Source: an uncultured Candidatus Binatia bacterium (GTDB taxonomy: Bacteria > Desulfobacterota > Binatia > Bin18). From it: a DNA stretch of 64,000 bases. Below are positions 62,392 through 64,000 of this stretch, in pieces; within the stretch, counting starts at the first letter, position 1, and every line of letters begins with the position of its first letter. The notes under the pieces were generated by a model that saw nothing but the letters and a program-made list of their open reading frames with translations, was not told where the DNA came from and made no database searches. The stretch lies in the NCBI GenBank assembly GCA_965242795.1, contig OZ251505.1:1150173-1214172 (forward strand). Reading direction: 5' to 3'. The position numbers and the translations under genes were made by a program.

Positions 62392-63015
62392 CTATTCCGA
62401 ACGTGGACGCGAGGCCGTGCCGGCGCTCCGCGGTTCGTCCGCGGGCAACGCACGCTGGAGCGCCCGCAGATAGTTCACGACGTCCCACCGTTCTTCGACC
62501 GACAAGGCGTGTGCGTAGGCCGGCATCACCAAGCCGCCGCTGCGGACCGTGGCGTAGAGATAGCCGTCGCGCTGGTTGCGAAGCCGGGCGGTGTGCAGAT
62601 CGGACGACGGCATGACTTTGCCGACCATCGGGCCGTCGCCGCGTCCGTGGGGTCCGTGGCACGTCGCGCAATACGTTCCGAACAGTATCTTGCCGTTGCG
62701 AATCGACTCCGGGGTCGCGGCAACCGGGTTGTGCAACCGCATGCCGGCGCGCATGCGTGCGCCGATACGGGCCGAGCCGGGCGGCTCGACCCCGTCGGTC
62801 GGGACGCTGCGGACCGCGGGCGGACGCCCCGCGGTGCCCGCTTCGAGTTCGGGTTGCCAATACATGTCGTCGTTCCAGGGCAGCGCATAGACCCACGGCG
62901 AGCGAACCAGCCCGACCAGACAAATCAGCACGACGAGCCGCCGCCTCCCTGGCCTCCGCCGGTTTACTGACCACTGACCACCAACCACTAGCCACTGTTC
63001 ACCCGGCCTGCTCAT
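62392..63015 (-). CDS. actE: Monoheme cytochrome c, ActE-like
   Basis: DMYWQP, NP...T..SI..G..LF..YCATCHG, MPAY...LS.EERW.VV.Y; start uncertain. Confidence 0.8.
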   Translation of the reverse strand: MSRPGEQWLVVGGQWSVNRRRPGRRRLVVLICLVGLVRSPWVYALPWNDDMYWQPELEAGTAGRPPAVRSVPTDGVEPPGSARIGARMRAGMRLHNPVAATPESIRNGKILFGTYCATCHGPHGRGDGPMVGKVMPSSDLHTARLRNQRDGYLYATVRSGGLVMPAYAHALSVEERWDVVNYLRALQRALPADEPRSAGTASRPRSE

Positions 63016-64000
63016 ACACCTCCTCGGCCCCTCCGGCGCTGAGTGTCGTGCGTACCGCGTCGCTTTCCCCGGCATCGCACGCCACGAACAGTCCGAAGCG
63101 GTCTTCCGAAAATCGGGCGTCGTGCCGCACCGCGGGCGACCGTGCTGGCAGCCGCGCGTTGACGAACAGCCCGATCAGTGTGGCCGCGGCGCCGAACAAA
63201 ATGGTCAACTCGAACGCGATGACGGCGAACGCGGGCAACGCCACGATCGGCTTGGCGCCGGTCTGGAGCGGCCAGTCCAACGCCGTATAGGTCGGCAGGG
63301 CGAACCCGGCCACACAGCCCAGCAGACCGCCCGCTAAAGTGAAGTAGCGAACCGGGCTCTTGCGCTTCGGCAGCGCGGTTTCGATCGTGTGGCTCGGAAA
63401 CGGTGCCGCTATCTGCAGCGCGGAATGGCCGTCCCGGCGCAGCGTTTGGATTACATCGGTCAGTGCGTCGGCACGGCGAAAGACGCCGACCAAGCCGGCC
63501 GCGGCCGGTCTTTTCTTATCTTGCTCGCCCCTCGCTTCCCTTTCGCCGCGGCCGGCCGCGTCCCCAAGTTGGGGAATGTCTGCGGCCGCGGCATGGGCCG
63601 CAGTGGGGTCTTCAGGCGAGAGTTGCTCCTTGACCTCGGCCAGCGACACCAGCGGCAGGAATCTGACGAACAGCAGGAAGAACAGGAAGAACCAGGCGAA
63701 GCTGCCCAGCGTCATGCCTATCTCGACCCAGGAAGGAAGGTAGCCGCCCCACGCCGACGGGTCGAACTCGTGTGCCAGCGAACTGACGATGATGACGAAA
63801 CGCTCCAACCACATGCCGACGTTGACCAGCAACGAAAGGCCGAACAGCCAGCCGGTGTGCGTGCGTATCGCTCTGCGGAGCAGCAGCAGGGGCAGGGCGC
63901 AGTTGCAGGCGACCATCAGCCAGAACAGCGGGGCGTAGTCGCCGGCCGCACGGAACCAGAAGATGCTGCGCTCGTACGGGTTGGCGCTGTACCAGGCGAT
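62999..64000 (-). CDS. ActC (NrfD-like) C-terminus fused in frame to ActD (DUF3341-like); 5' end lies outside the window
   Basis: IAWYSANPYE...NVGMWLERFVIIV...P.WVE...LP.VS.AEVKE continues without a stop into PFP...S.VR.FTL.GG..G...DWPL..G.KP...FELTILFG. Confidence 0.85.
   Translation of the reverse strand: MAWYSANPYERSIFWFRAAGDYAPLFWLMVACNCALPLLLLRRAIRTHTGWLFGLSLLVNVGMWLERFVIIVSSLAHEFDPSAWGGYLPSWVEIGMTLGSFAWFFLFFLLFVRFLPLVSLAEVKEQLSPEDPTAAHAAAADIPQLGDAAGRGEREARGEQDKKRPAAAGLVGVFRRADALTDVIQTLRRDGHSALQIAAPFPSHTIETALPKRKSPVRYFTLAGGLLGCVAGFALPTYTALDWPLQTGAKPIVALPAFAVIAFELTILFGAAATLIGLFVNARLPARSPAVRHDARFSEDRFGLFVACDAGESDAVRTTLSAGGAEEVYEQAG

Overview
High-GC bacterial chromosome segment. The gene set (pyrG-kdsA-lptCAB-rpoN-ptsN-rapZ-ptsH-metK-ahcY-amidase-glnD-xerD, pqqABCDE, alternative complex III, membrane PPase) fits an aerobic deltaproteobacteria-like organism such as Binatota; this taxonomy is inference only. 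Positions 1-12 kb are a defence island: an EcoEI-like type I R-M system (hsdR, hsdM and a half-length single-TRD hsdS), a 1359-aa HigA-HTH/nuclease-like/helical-repeat protein and a toxin-antitoxin (TA) pair. Two further decayed copies of the hsdS 3' end separate these cargo blocks, suggesting serial cassette capture at hsdS. Positions 12-33 kb are mostly housekeeping genes. Positions 33-52 kb mix low-GC inserts, two ArnT-like transferases, decaying TA modules, an atypical CoA-transferase-fold pair and tandem coiled-coil genes. Positions 52-64 kb carry pqqABCDE, a type ISP R-M remnant, an AHL-lactonase-like gene and the distal ACIII genes, with an ActC-ActD fusion. Intergenic DNA holds at least five families of REP/MITE-like palindromes, some nested inside each other and one in frame within xerD. 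No rRNA, tRNA or CRISPR array was seen. All calls come from motif recognition by eye; no database searches were run.
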